A stretch of 64,000 nucleotides of DNA from Patescibacteria group bacterium (GCA_018969615.1 JAGWYA010000004.1:9922-73921); one strand, 5' to 3'. Positions 35,664 through 46,086 are shown, numbered from the stretch's first letter. Numbers and translations are program-made. The notes: generated by a model from the letters alone, not told the origin.

Positions 35664-36422
35664 ATGCAGTTTGCATACTTAAGCGAATCAGTGACTATCA
35701 AAAAGGTTTCGGAGACAGGTACCGAAGGCGTATTTGAAGTGGAAGGATTGTACCGGGGCTATGGTATGACGATGGGCACGGCATTGCGCCGCGTTCTGTT
35801 CTCATCCTTGCCGGGTGCCGCGATCACGCAGTTTAAGGTAAAAGGCGCCGGCCATCAGTTTTCGACGATCCCGGATGTCGCCGAGGACCTGGTTGAACTT
35901 GGTCTGAACCTTAAGAAGGTCCGTTTCCGTCTGCATACCGATGAACCGCAGGTCTTGACCCTGAAGGTCAAAGGAGAAAAAGAGGTCACCGCGGCTGATA
36001 TTGAAACGAACTCGAACGTCGACCTGATCACTCCGGATGCTCCGATCGCGACATTGACGTCAAAATCGGCCGAGTTGGAGATCGAACTGACCGTGGAGCG
36101 CGGTCTCGGATTCGTGGCTGTTGAGCTTCAGAAATCCGAAAAGCTCCCGATCGGAACGATCGCGCTTGACGCCGCTTTCTCGCCGGTCACGAAGGCGAAC
36201 TTCACCGTGGAAAATATGCGCGTGGGCGACCGGACCGATTATAACAAGCTGGTCATCGCGATCACGACGGATGGAAGCATCACGCCGAGCGCTGCGCTGC
36301 ACAAAGCGAGCAATATTTTGAAGGATCACTTTGATAAGGTGTCCCAGATAGAGGTTATGGAGCCTGAAGCATCTTCTGCGAAAGAGGAAAAAAAGAAAAC
36401 TACAAAAAAAGCAAAGAAGTAA
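35664..36422 (+). CDS. rpoA: DNA-directed RNA polymerase alpha subunit, N-terminal domain only (no alpha-CTD)
   Basis: 252 aa from the ATG at 35664. Alpha N-terminal-domain motifs (YGMTMGTALRRVLFSSLPGAAIT). Ends in a Lys/Glu-rich tail instead of the roughly 80-aa C-terminal domain. Confidence 0.85.
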   Translation: MQFAYLSESVTIKKVSETGTEGVFEVEGLYRGYGMTMGTALRRVLFSSLPGAAITQFKVKGAGHQFSTIPDVAEDLVELGLNLKKVRFRLHTDEPQVLTLKVKGEKEVTAADIETNSNVDLITPDAPIATLTSKSAELEIELTVERGLGFVAVELQKSEKLPIGTIALDAAFSPVTKANFTVENMRVGDRTDYNKLVIAITTDGSITPSAALHKASNILKDHFDKVSQIEVMEPEASSAKEEKKKTTKKAKK

Positions 36423-36428
36423 TCACGT

Positions 36429-36767
36429 ATGATGCCGCGTAAATTTAGAAAGCTCCGGGGGAAAAGGATCTCGTTCCTGAAGGCCCTGGCGAACAATTTG
36501 ATCATGAAGGGAAAGATGCAAACGACCGAGCCGCGCGCTAAGGAAATTCGCGTCCGCGTGGAGAAGCTGGTCACCCTCGCAAAGAAACAAAACCAGGCGA
36601 GCCTCCGGCTGCTGCTTGCGCGTTTACCGAAGTCAGCCGCTATGAAACTGTACTATGAGATCGCTCCGCGGTATCAGGAGCGGTCAGGCGGATATCTTCG
36701 GATAACGAAGCTTGGAAAGCGGCGCAAGCGCGATGCGGCCTTGCAAGCTGTCGTTGAATTTGTATAA
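36429..36767 (+). CDS. rplQ: 50S ribosomal protein L17
   Basis: 112 aa. bL17 signature. Confidence 0.92.
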   Translation: MMPRKFRKLRGKRISFLKALANNLIMKGKMQTTEPRAKEIRVRVEKLVTLAKKQNQASLRLLLARLPKSAAMKLYYEIAPRYQERSGGYLRITKLGKRRKRDAALQAVVEFV

Positions 36768-36778
36768 TACTCTCATCT

Positions 36779-37117
36779 ATGCAGTACACGATCGACGCAA
36801 AAAATAAGACCCTTGGCCGCCTCGCTTCCGAGATCGCAGAGATCTTGCAGGGGAAGAAGTCGGCATACTATGAGCCGCGCCTTGCCGGTGCTGATTCGGT
36901 TATGGTGACGAACGTAAAAGACATCACGGTGACCGGGGCGAAAATGACCCAGAAAAAGTACTATCATCACACGGGGTATATGGGACATCTCAAGTCAAAG
37001 ACCCTTCGCGAGGTTATGGAAAAGGATCCGTCCCAGGCATTGCGCCATGCGGTAGAACGCATGCTCCCGAAGAACTCGCTGCGCTCCAAGCGGATGCTGC
37101 GATTAGTCATTAAATAA
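36779..37117 (+). CDS. rplM: 50S ribosomal protein L13
   Basis: 112 aa. uL13 signature. Confidence 0.92.
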   Translation: MQYTIDAKNKTLGRLASEIAEILQGKKSAYYEPRLAGADSVMVTNVKDITVTGAKMTQKKYYHHTGYMGHLKSKTLREVMEKDPSQALRHAVERMLPKNSLRSKRMLRLVIK

Positions 37118-37122
37118 TCCTT

Positions 37123-37569
37123 ATGTCACCAAAAGCGAAAAAAACAGAACAGCATGCAGCAAAAAAGCCGGCGGCAAAAGCGGAGCGTTATTTTGAGGCG
37201 CGCGGCGGACGCAAGACGTCCGTGTCCCGCGTCCGTCTGACCGCTGAGAGCTCCGGCGTAACCGTGAACGGCAAGGATCTGAAAGCGTATTTTCCCGAAG
37301 CGGACCTTCAGGAGACCGTTCGCCGGCCGCTGGTCGTGCTGAATCTGGAAAGCAAGATGGGTGTGAGTGCGCATGTTCGCGGAGGAGGATTGCGCGGCCA
37401 GGCAACCGCGATCGCTCTCGGGATCGCCCGCGCCCTGACCGTCTATGACGGTGCGCTGAGAACGCAGTTGCGCCATGAGAATCTTTTGACCCGCGATTCC
37501 CGCGCGGTTGAGCGTAAGAAATACGGACTTCGCAAAGCACGCCGTGCTCCGCAGTGGGCAAAGCGTTAA
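37123..37569 (+). CDS. rpsI: 30S ribosomal protein S9
   Basis: 148 aa. uS9 C-terminal KYGLRKARRAPQWAKR. Confidence 0.92.
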   Translation: MSPKAKKTEQHAAKKPAAKAERYFEARGGRKTSVSRVRLTAESSGVTVNGKDLKAYFPEADLQETVRRPLVVLNLESKMGVSAHVRGGGLRGQATAIALGIARALTVYDGALRTQLRHENLLTRDSRAVERKKYGLRKARRAPQWAKR

Positions 37570-37578
37570 AGAGAAAAA

Positions 37579-37604
37579 CCTCCGACATTGGTCGGAGGTT
37601 TTTT
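37579..37604. terminator. Bidirectional terminator CCTCCGACattgGTCGGAGG with an A5 run upstream and T6 downstream
   Basis: Read directly. Lies between the convergent rpsI and the flippase gene. Confidence 0.6.
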
Positions 37605-37609
37605 ATAGA

Positions 37610-39061
37610 TCAGAGCAGCGTCAGGATATAGGTGAACGCCTCTTCTTTCCACAGCGCCAGCATCCCGAGATACATGGCGGTTGCCGCAGCAAGATCAATG
37701 AGGACCGAAGGCTGTATGATCTGAAGGAGAACCGCGACAAGCGCCGCGAGCACGGACGCGGTAACGATCTTAACCAGTCTCGGCATGACCGTGAAAGGGA
37801 CGACTTCGTTCATTCTATGCCAGATAAAGGCGTTGGCGATGATCTGGGTTGCCAGGGTCGATATCGAGCACCCGACGATCCCGAAGGCGGGGATCAGAAG
37901 GAAGTTGAAGAGGATGTTGCCGACCGCGCCGACCAGTGAGAACGTGACGAACTGCTTTTGCTGATCGTATGCCAGAAGCGAATTACTGATGATCACGGAC
38001 GGAAAGATGATGGCGACGGTGAGCAAGAGGACCTGGAACGATGCCGTTGCGGGGAGATATTGCGCGCCGAAGAGGAGCCTGATGATCCCGGTGCTCAGTG
38101 GCAGACCGATCACAACCGCAGGGATCGCGGCAAAAAGCGATGCGGTCAGGGTCCGTTCCAGGATATACCGGAAGCGCACGTTGCGCTCGTCATGGGCAAG
38201 CTTGGAAAGAATAGGAAAAAGGCTTGCGGCGAAAAGTCCGGCAAGGGTATAGAGGAATTGGACCGGCCGCTGCGCGGCTGAATAAAACCCAATCTCCGCC
38301 GGCGACCGCATCCAGCCAAGCATGATCAGATCGGTATTGATCATGATGGCGCCCAGAAAGCTTGCGAACGCAAAAGGGAGCGATGACGTAAGGATCGGCC
38401 GGATGAGCTCTTTTTGAAAATGCGTGAATAACCGGGCGATATAGTTCCGGAGCAGGATGAACATAAGGATCATGCCGACGGCGGTTCCGATGATATATGC
38501 ATACGCCAGCGCCTCTGTTCCGCCCGAGTGAAGCAGCGCGGCGATCCCAAGGCCGGTGATCATAAGGTTCGTGACGATCTCGTCCGCAGCCTCCCATTGC
38601 ATCCGTTCGATCGCCCGGCTGATCGCAAAGCCAAAATTCCGAAGACTATCGAAGATCAGAAGAAAGGTTACCACCGTCAGAAGCCCCCGCGCTTCGGGGA
38701 TCTTCGTGAGGTAAGGGGCCCCGAAGATAAGCAGGCAGCTGCCGGCCGCCAGAAGGACGATCTTGAGGAAGAAGGCGGTTGAGAAGTATTCGGCGCTGCG
38801 GGAAAGGTCTTTCGCCGATTCCCGGGTAACGATCGCACTGATCCCGACATCTGAAAAGATCAGGAGGAACGCGACGAGGCTCATAACATAGGAAAAGGCG
38901 CCCCAGCTTTCCGGCCCCAGGATGCGGGCGGCAAAAATGACCAGGATCACGCGAAGGATGCGTCCCGAGGCTTGGCCTAAAAAGAGCCAGAAGGTGTTTT
39001 TGGCCACTGTTTGTTTTTGGGTGCGATTTTCAAAAAGGAATCCGCGGATCGAGCTGAACAT
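37610..39061 (-). CDS. Polysaccharide/oligosaccharide flippase (Wzx/MATE-like, MOP superfamily)
   Basis: 483 aa. About 12-14 transmembrane helices. Typical flippase N-terminus (TFWLFLGQASGRILRVILVIFAARILGP). Confidence 0.75.
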   Translation of the reverse strand: MFSSIRGFLFENRTQKQTVAKNTFWLFLGQASGRILRVILVIFAARILGPESWGAFSYVMSLVAFLLIFSDVGISAIVTRESAKDLSRSAEYFSTAFFLKIVLLAAGSCLLIFGAPYLTKIPEARGLLTVVTFLLIFDSLRNFGFAISRAIERMQWEAADEIVTNLMITGLGIAALLHSGGTEALAYAYIIGTAVGMILMFILLRNYIARLFTHFQKELIRPILTSSLPFAFASFLGAIMINTDLIMLGWMRSPAEIGFYSAAQRPVQFLYTLAGLFAASLFPILSKLAHDERNVRFRYILERTLTASLFAAIPAVVIGLPLSTGIIRLLFGAQYLPATASFQVLLLTVAIIFPSVIISNSLLAYDQQKQFVTFSLVGAVGNILFNFLLIPAFGIVGCSISTLATQIIANAFIWHRMNEVVPFTVMPRLVKIVTASVLAALVAVLLQIIQPSVLIDLAAATAMYLGMLALWKEEAFTYILTLL

Positions 39062-40401
39062 TATGAATGATTGGTGATCAGGAATTTCGCGGTGCGGATG
39101 GCGATAAGGATATCAAGGAGCAGGGAATTGTTCTTGATATAGTAGAGATCGTATTGAAGCTTTTGATAGGCATCGGCTGCCGACGCGCCGTAGCGATAAT
39201 TGATCTGCGCCCATCCGGTGACGCCCGGCTTGCTCAGATGCCTGAGATCATAGAAGGGAAGCTCTTTTCTCAGCGTCGTGATGAATTCGGGCCGTTCGGG
39301 GCGCGGACCGACGAAAGAAAGATCCCCCGTGATGATGTTATAGAGCTGCGGAAGCTCATCGAGATGCGATCGGCGGAGAATGTTCCCGAACCAGGTTACG
39401 CGCGCATCGTTGAAGTAGTTCGCCCATTGCGGGCCGTTCTTTTCCGCATCAGGCCGCATGGTCCGGAACTTCCAGATCGTGAACTCGCGCCCGTTCTTGC
39501 CGACGCGGCGTTGCGAAAAGAACGCGGATCCCGGCGAGGTGACCTTGATCAGGAACGCGATGAGCACCAGAAGCGGCATGATGACGATCCCCAGAAGCAG
39601 GGCGAGCAGGCGCTCGGTCGGATCGCTGATGCTTTCGTACATGCGGTGCTTCGTCGTCAGGTTCTCCAGGAACCATACCTCTTCAAGTTCGGCAAGCGGC
39701 ACTTTGCGGAAGAGAAGCTCATACAGCTTGGCAACATCGACCACGTCGACGCCGAGCGCGAGGCATTTATAGATCAGCTTCGCGGCAGCGCTGTCTTTTT
39801 TGATGTGCGCCGGGATCACGATCATGGTGATCCGGTTCTCAAGGATGATCTCGGCGAGATGCGCGAATTCTTTGTCGCGAAGGCCGTCCTTCATCCAGTG
39901 GCTTACGGTGTAGCCGATCTGCGGATTTTGTTCCAGATAGGTCACGATCTCCTGGGTCGTCTGGTTCGCACCGACGAGCAGGATCCTGCTCGCAGCGCCT
40001 GTTCGTCCTAGGGCGGTATTGTAGAGCGACCGCCAGAGATAGTTGATGCAGCCGAAAATGACAAAGAACAGTCCGAGGACCGTTTTTGGCGTGATGGCGA
40101 AATGCGGGATCGCATAGAAGAACAGCGCGGTAAGCAGCACGTTTGCGATCGTGGTGTACCAAAAGGTCTTTTCAAACTCAAAATCGTTCTTAAGCGATTG
40201 GAGATCGTACAGTCCGGCGATATAGAAAATGAGGATCCATACGGCAAAGATGATGGTGAACGGCTCAAGGTGGTTATTGATAAGTTCCGCGTAGAAGAAC
40301 TTGCCGTAGCGAAGCCAGAGCGTCAGAATGAGAGCCAAATAGAGCGTACCGATGTCGCCCAGAATGAGTAAAAGCTGTTTTGGCCGTGAAATGGCGTCCA
40401 T
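39061..40401 (-). CDS. Polyprenyl-phosphate sugar-phosphotransferase (bacterial sugar transferase, WbaP/WcaJ type)
   Basis: 446 aa. N-terminal transmembrane helices. C-terminal catalytic domain with PGVTGWAQINYRYGAS and GDLSFVGPRPERPEF. Confidence 0.85.
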   Translation of the reverse strand: MDAISRPKQLLLILGDIGTLYLALILTLWLRYGKFFYAELINNHLEPFTIIFAVWILIFYIAGLYDLQSLKNDFEFEKTFWYTTIANVLLTALFFYAIPHFAITPKTVLGLFFVIFGCINYLWRSLYNTALGRTGAASRILLVGANQTTQEIVTYLEQNPQIGYTVSHWMKDGLRDKEFAHLAEIILENRITMIVIPAHIKKDSAAAKLIYKCLALGVDVVDVAKLYELLFRKVPLAELEEVWFLENLTTKHRMYESISDPTERLLALLLGIVIMPLLVLIAFLIKVTSPGSAFFSQRRVGKNGREFTIWKFRTMRPDAEKNGPQWANYFNDARVTWFGNILRRSHLDELPQLYNIITGDLSFVGPRPERPEFITTLRKELPFYDLRHLSKPGVTGWAQINYRYGASAADAYQKLQYDLYYIKNNSLLLDILIAIRTAKFLITNHS

Positions 40402-40483
40402 AAGAAGAGGAGGGGTTGTTGTGTGTTTTCGGGAAGCTTTGCTATACTAATATAACATTAAACAATTATAAAAAATAACACCT

Positions 40484-41188
40484 ATGAAAAAGGACTACTT
40501 GTTACCGGTCAGCATCCTCGTCGCCGCCGTTTTGATCGCCGGCGCGGTCATTTATAGCGCAGGCACGACTCCGGCGCCGTCCCCGGCCGGCCAGCAGCAG
40601 CCGTCGGCTGCCGTTGATGCGAATGCATTGAAACTGACCAGCGATGACGTGGTCCTGGGCGACCTGAACGCTCCGGTCACGCTGATCGAGTACGGCGATT
40701 ATCAGTGCACCTTCTGCGGACGTTTCTTCTCGGAGACTGAATCGCAGATCGTCAATAATTATGTGAAGACCGGCAAGGTACGGCTTGTGTTCCGCAACTT
40801 CCCGTTCTTGGGTCCTGAATCGGCTCCGTCCGCCAATGCGGCCGAATGCGCGAAGGACCAAGGTAAGTTCTGGGAATATCATGATGCGTTGTTCACCGCC
40901 GAGGTGAAGGACGGCCAGGAGAACAACGGCAACCTGACCCGCGGTCTGTTCATGAGCCTTGCCTCGAACCTTGGATTGGATACGACGCAGTTCGGTTCTT
41001 GCCTGGACAGCAATAAGTACGCATCGCTCGTTGCTTCTCAGAAGAGCACCGCGATCTCTTCCTTGGGCGTGCAGGCGACCCCGACCTTCTTCTTGGGAAC
41101 TCAGAAGATCGAAGGCGCGCTGCCGTACGATCAGTTCAAGACGGACATTGACCAGGCGCTTGCCGCAGCTACGACGACCGCGCAATAA
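40484..41188 (+). CDS. DsbA-like thiol:disulfide oxidoreductase (membrane-anchored or secreted)
   Basis: 234 aa. N-terminal transmembrane or signal segment. A CTFC active site in the thioredoxin fold. Confidence 0.75.
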   Translation: MKKDYLLPVSILVAAVLIAGAVIYSAGTTPAPSPAGQQQPSAAVDANALKLTSDDVVLGDLNAPVTLIEYGDYQCTFCGRFFSETESQIVNNYVKTGKVRLVFRNFPFLGPESAPSANAAECAKDQGKFWEYHDALFTAEVKDGQENNGNLTRGLFMSLASNLGLDTTQFGSCLDSNKYASLVASQKSTAISSLGVQATPTFFLGTQKIEGALPYDQFKTDIDQALAAATTTAQ

Positions 41189-41214
41189 ATCATTAACCTT
41201 ACTTCATTACTCTT

Positions 41215-41454
41215 ATGGACCATACCGTTGTTATCTACAGCACGCCGACCTGCGTGTATTGCAAAATGGCGAAGGAATATTTTAAAAAGTACGGGGTGAC
41301 CTATACGGAGCATGATGTCGCCTCCGATGCCGCAGCCCGGAAGGAGATGGTGGAGAAATCGCATCAGCTGGGCGTCCCGGTGATCGACATTGACGGTGAG
41401 ATCCATGTCGGTTTTAATCGCCCTGAGGTTGCCCGTGCCCTTGGTTTGAAGTAA
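41215..41454 (+). CDS. Glutaredoxin/NrdH-like small redoxin
   Basis: 79 aa. CVYC active site (VVIYSTPTCVYCKMAKEYF). Confidence 0.75.
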   Translation: MDHTVVIYSTPTCVYCKMAKEYFKKYGVTYTEHDVASDAAARKEMVEKSHQLGVPVIDIDGEIHVGFNRPEVARALGLK

Positions 41455-41471
41455 TTGTCTTATCTCTTATA

Positions 41472-42395
41472 ATGTACGACCTGGTTATCATTGGCGGCGG
41501 TCCCGGCGGCATTGCCGCGGGTATTTATGCATCACGGAAAAAGCTGAATGCCGCGATCGTTTCTGAGACCTTCGGCGGCCAATCGGTCGTATCGATGGAT
41601 ATCCGGAATTGGATCGGGACCGAATCGATCGCCGGTGTTGATCTTGCAAAGAACCTTGAAGCGCATCTTCGCGCACAGCCTGATCTGAAGGTTGTCGACG
41701 GCGAGATCGTCACTGCGGTGGCGCCAATGGAGGGCGGGTTCCATATCACAACCAGGAGCGGTGCGATGATGGAGACAAAGACCATTTTGGTCGCTTCCGG
41801 GAGCCGGCATCGCCGGCTGGGCATTCCCGGAGAGGATGCATTCGATGGAAAGGGCGTGGTCTGGTGCTCGACATGCGATGCGCCGCTCTTTGGCGGCAAG
41901 ACGGTCGTGGTCGTCGGCGCCGGCAATGCCGGCTTGGAAGCGGTGCGTGATTCGCTTGCTTATGCCTCGAAGGTCCATCTGTTCGTCCGGGGCGATGCGG
42001 TCAAAGGTGACGCGGAGACGTTCGATATGATCAGCAAGGATCCTAAAGTAGAGATCCATTACCAGGTGGAAGCGAAGGAGATCATCGGCGACCAGTTCGT
42101 CACCGGATTGCGGTATCTCGATAAGAAAGAGGGGGGCATGAAAGAATTGGCGACCGACGGCGTGTTTGTCGAGATCGGAAGCGTGCCGAATGTCGAGTTC
42201 TTGGGCGATTTGGTAAAAAAAGACCCGTATAATGCGATCGTGGTTGACCATGCCACACAGCGGACATCCCGGGAAGGCATCTGGGCGGCGGGCGACGTGA
42301 CTGATCTGCCGTACCGTCAGAACAATATTTCCGCCGGAGACGGGGTCAAAGCGCTTTTGAACATTTACGACTCGCTTACGAAGCGTAAGCAGTAG
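41472..42395 (+). CDS. trxB: Thioredoxin-disulfide reductase
   Basis: 307 aa. FAD motif GGGPGG, redox CSTCDA, NADPH motif VVGAGNAG. Confidence 0.88.
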   Translation: MYDLVIIGGGPGGIAAGIYASRKKLNAAIVSETFGGQSVVSMDIRNWIGTESIAGVDLAKNLEAHLRAQPDLKVVDGEIVTAVAPMEGGFHITTRSGAMMETKTILVASGSRHRRLGIPGEDAFDGKGVVWCSTCDAPLFGGKTVVVVGAGNAGLEAVRDSLAYASKVHLFVRGDAVKGDAETFDMISKDPKVEIHYQVEAKEIIGDQFVTGLRYLDKKEGGMKELATDGVFVEIGSVPNVEFLGDLVKKDPYNAIVVDHATQRTSREGIWAAGDVTDLPYRQNNISAGDGVKALLNIYDSLTKRKQ

Positions 42396-42397
42396 CC

Positions 42398-43738
42398 TTA
42401 TTGTACGGTTGTTGAGACAAGCGTGCCGTTATCCTTGAGGAGAAAGACCGTATTGGTCGCGCCGTCATAGGCGTATTTTTTAACACCCGAATCGATCTTC
42501 TGCAGATTGATCGGCGGCTGATCGTTCGCTTCCAAAAGATAGAGCGCATCGGGATATTCGAAGAACACATAGTCGCTGTCTTTGTGCCAGGCGATGGCCT
42601 GTTCGTCTTCGCCGCTTACGTGCACGAGGGCGGTTTTAGGCATGCCTAATGCCTGACCGTGGGTACCGTAGGTATAGATGCCGAATTCCTGGCCGGTCGT
42701 GGTGAACGCAAGCTCCATCGCCGACGGCGAGAAAAGCATGGTCCGAACGCCGGTGCTGACCGGTCGTGCCGCGAGCGTCTGGCGGTTGGTCAGGACGAGC
42801 GTCCCATCGGCGTTCAGAAGAGCGAAATACGAGCCGACCCCGTTCATGGTGATCCTGACCGGACCAGGGATCACCGGGGCGATCGGGAGAAGCTGCGGCC
42901 CATTCCCGTTCCAGGGGAAAGAAAGGATGGTGCGGTCCGCAATATAAAGCACCTCTTTCGGACCGATAGAAAATGACGTGACCGGCGTGTCCGCGATCCG
43001 CGTTATTGAAAGGGATGAAGTATCAAAAAGATAAAGACCGCCGTCGGTTTGAAGGAGCAGTTTTGTCGCACTGTCCGGCTCAAAGGCGACCGATGCGATC
43101 GGAGTTCGGTCGGCGATCTTCGCCTCTATGCGCGCCGCTTGGAACGCCGAATCAAGCGTGAGCGCGTTCGAAGGGGCGTTCAATGAGAGGAAATAATAAT
43201 AGCCGTGGAGATTGCGGGTCACGACCGCGCTTCCGTCATCCGCCCATGCGGAGACCGTTGTTCCCGGGATCGTTCCGTGTTGATATTGAAGCGTTTCCGC
43301 GAGCGTTCGGGTGATGATCGTTTGTTCTTTGATCCAAAAATCGGTGACCGAGGATGCGACCGGCAGCTCGGCGGGCGTCGAGGTCGGGAGCATGATGATC
43401 GGCGGCACTTCGGTCACTAAGGAGGGTTCGACCGCGATCTGTTTCGACCAGGATTGATAGCCTGTTTTCTCAATATGGGCGGTATAGGTCTTCGGGAACA
43501 GATTCGCGATCAGGATGCTTGAACCGAGGAACGAGGGATTGAACTGCAGGTCGAGCTTTTCGACGGTGAGCGTTGCGCCATCCGGTACTTTATCAAAATA
43601 GATCCCGCCGAGCCGGTTGATCGTGAGCGTTTCCAGATCGAAGCGCCAGCCGTTCGAATAGAAGAGCGCGGCGACTGCGATCACAAAAAAAGAGAGCGTG
43701 GTGATATAAAAAAGGATCCGGCGGGTACGCTTTGTCAT
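42398..43738 (-). CDS. Hypothetical membrane-anchored extracytoplasmic protein (PEGA-like N-terminal domain followed by repetitive beta-rich region)
   Basis: 446 aa. N-terminal transmembrane helix, then a TLTVEKLDLQFNPSF...YTAHIEKTGYQSWSKQIAVEP PEGA-like pattern, then DGTLVL-type repeats. Confidence 0.4.
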   Translation of the reverse strand: MTKRTRRILFYITTLSFFVIAVAALFYSNGWRFDLETLTINRLGGIYFDKVPDGATLTVEKLDLQFNPSFLGSSILIANLFPKTYTAHIEKTGYQSWSKQIAVEPSLVTEVPPIIMLPTSTPAELPVASSVTDFWIKEQTIITRTLAETLQYQHGTIPGTTVSAWADDGSAVVTRNLHGYYYFLSLNAPSNALTLDSAFQAARIEAKIADRTPIASVAFEPDSATKLLLQTDGGLYLFDTSSLSITRIADTPVTSFSIGPKEVLYIADRTILSFPWNGNGPQLLPIAPVIPGPVRITMNGVGSYFALLNADGTLVLTNRQTLAARPVSTGVRTMLFSPSAMELAFTTTGQEFGIYTYGTHGQALGMPKTALVHVSGEDEQAIAWHKDSDYVFFEYPDALYLLEANDQPPINLQKIDSGVKKYAYDGATNTVFLLKDNGTLVSTTVQ

Positions 43739-43791
43739 AAAAATGAGATATGCTTACAAGAGAGTTTTGAAGTATTTATACTATACGTACT

Positions 43792-45054
43792 ATGCAGTTT
43801 ATTATCAATGGAGGAAAGCCGTTGAGCGGGACGATCGCCGTTGCGGGATTCAAGAACGCGGCGACGCCGATCATTGCGGCGACAGTATTGACCGACCGCG
43901 CCTGTGTTTTGAAGAACGTTCCCCGGATCACCGATGTTATGAAACTTCTGGGCATCCTTCGGGATATGGGCTCCCGGCAGGAGTGGCTGGATGAACATAC
44001 GATCCGTATCGATAATAAAGACCTTGTTCCGCAGCCGCTGGAAAGCGATGCGGTGGCGCAGATCCGGTCGTCGATCCTTCTGATCGGGCCGTTCCTTGCG
44101 CGTTTCGGGAACGTGTCATTTGTCACGCCGGGAGGCTGCAAGATCGGCAGCAGGCCGATCGATACGCATATCGAAGCGTTCGCTGACCTGAGGGTGCGTG
44201 TCTCGTATGATGATGCGTCGGGGCGCTACCTGATGGAAGCGCCGCGGGAGACCGGCGGTGAAGCGGTCCTCAAAGAGCTTAGCGTTACGGCGACCGAGAA
44301 CGTTCTTATGCTGGGAGCGAAGTATCCGGTCGCGATCCGGCTTGCGGCCATCGAGCCTCACGTGTTCGATCTTATCGGGTTCTTGGAGCGCTTAGGTGTA
44401 ACCGTGCATGCGGATGGCATGCACGGTTTTACGACGACTCCCGCCGCCGCGGTTCCTTCGGGGCAGATAGAATATACTCTGATGCCCGATCCGATCGAAG
44501 CGGGAACGTTCGCGGTGCTTGCCGCGGCAACGCGGAGCTCTATGCGGATCGACGGCGTTGACGCCGGGGTTTTGGAGGCTCCTCTCCGGAAATTACGCGA
44601 GTTCGGAGTGAAGTTTGCGCTTCGCGACCGCGTACTGGAAGTTGACGGAGCGCATTCAGTGTTGACCGCGACCCGCGTGCAAACGATGCCGTATCCCGGT
44701 CTCCCGACCGATCTGCAGGCTCCGTTCGGCGTTCTTGCGACGCAGGCGAAAGGATCGTCGCTTATCTTCGATACGATGTATGAAGGAAGGCTGAAATATA
44801 TCACCGAGCTAAAGAAAATGGGGGCTGATGCGGTTTTGCTCGATCCGCACCGCGCCATCATTACCGGACCGTCCGCACTACATGGCGCCGAGATCGAAAG
44901 CCTTGATCTGCGGGCCGGTGCGACGCTGATCATCGCCGCCTTGCTCGCTGAGGGCAAAACGACGCTCGGAAACATCGAACAGATCGACCGGGGATACGAG
45001 CGCCTCGACGAGCGGTTGCAGGCGCTGGGGGCGGATATTGCAAGAGTTGCGTAA
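43792..45054 (+). CDS. murA: UDP-N-acetylglucosamine 1-carboxyvinyltransferase
   Basis: 420 aa. MurA/EPSP-fold signatures (GGKPLSGTIAVAGFKNAA; catalytic Cys region). Confidence 0.93.
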   Translation: MQFIINGGKPLSGTIAVAGFKNAATPIIAATVLTDRACVLKNVPRITDVMKLLGILRDMGSRQEWLDEHTIRIDNKDLVPQPLESDAVAQIRSSILLIGPFLARFGNVSFVTPGGCKIGSRPIDTHIEAFADLRVRVSYDDASGRYLMEAPRETGGEAVLKELSVTATENVLMLGAKYPVAIRLAAIEPHVFDLIGFLERLGVTVHADGMHGFTTTPAAAVPSGQIEYTLMPDPIEAGTFAVLAAATRSSMRIDGVDAGVLEAPLRKLREFGVKFALRDRVLEVDGAHSVLTATRVQTMPYPGLPTDLQAPFGVLATQAKGSSLIFDTMYEGRLKYITELKKMGADAVLLDPHRAIITGPSALHGAEIESLDLRAGATLIIAALLAEGKTTLGNIEQIDRGYERLDERLQALGADIARVA

Positions 45055-45078
45055 TTTGCACTATACTGATATATCATT

Positions 45079-46086
45079 ATGTTCACTCGAAAGATCGGAA
45101 TCGACCTGGGGACCGCGAACACGATCGTGTTCGTTCCCGGACGGGGATTTATCATCAATGAGCCGACGATCGTCGCGCTGAGCCTTCCGGACAACGGCGT
45201 GCTTGCGGTCGGTCGCGAGGCAAAAGATATGGTCGGCAGAACGCCGGGAGATATCGCCGCATATCGTCCGCTGAAGGACGGCGTGATCGCCGATTATTAT
45301 ATTACGAAGGCGATGCTGAAATACTTCATCGCAAAGGCGATCGGATCGTTCAATATCGTTCGTCCGGACGTGGTCATTTCCGCACCGGCGGGCATTACGC
45401 CGACCGAGCGCCGCGCCATTATGAACGCTGCGAAAGAAGCAGGCGCAAAAGAAGCTTATATCGTGAAAGAGCCGTTATTGGCCGCATTGGGCGCCGGCAT
45501 CCCGATCAATTCTCACTCGGGCAACATGATCATTAACATTGGCGGCGGAACGTCCGAGGTTGCGGTTATTTCGCTCGGCGGCATTGTTTCCTGGTCCAGT
45601 CTGCGCGTGGCGGGCAATAAGTTCGATCAGGCGATCATGGACTACATTAAGAAGAAATACTCGCTGCATATCGGCGAGCAGACCGCGGAGTTGATCAAGA
45701 TCGAGATCGGTTCGGCATTGCCGTCGAAGGAGCGGCTTGAAATGCGCATCCGCGGGCGGGATATCGCAAGCGGTCTCCCGAAAGACATCATCGTGAACTC
45801 GAACGAGGTTGCCGAGGCATTGAGCCAGCACCTGATCGATATCGCCGCATCCGTAAAGAACGTGTTCAATGAAACGCCTCCGGAGCTCGTCGCTGACATC
45901 ATGGAAAAGGGGATCATCGTTTCCGGCGGCGGCGCGCAGCTTCGCTATATCAATGATTTCTTTAAGCAGATGACCGGCGTGGAGACCTATATCGCCGAAG
46001 AGCCGCTGTTCTGCGTTGCCAAAGGCGCCGGTATCATTTTGAACCATTTGGACGTCTATAAGAGGACAGTGTTGAACAAGCGCTAA
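45079..46086 (+). CDS. mreB: Rod shape-determining actin homolog MreB (paralog 1)
   Basis: 335 aa. MreB signatures (IGIDLGTANT, NIGGGTSEVAVIS, VSGGGAQL). Confidence 0.92.
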   Translation: MFTRKIGIDLGTANTIVFVPGRGFIINEPTIVALSLPDNGVLAVGREAKDMVGRTPGDIAAYRPLKDGVIADYYITKAMLKYFIAKAIGSFNIVRPDVVISAPAGITPTERRAIMNAAKEAGAKEAYIVKEPLLAALGAGIPINSHSGNMIINIGGGTSEVAVISLGGIVSWSSLRVAGNKFDQAIMDYIKKKYSLHIGEQTAELIKIEIGSALPSKERLEMRIRGRDIASGLPKDIIVNSNEVAEALSQHLIDIAASVKNVFNETPPELVADIMEKGIIVSGGGAQLRYINDFFKQMTGVETYIAEEPLFCVAKGAGIILNHLDVYKRTVLNKR

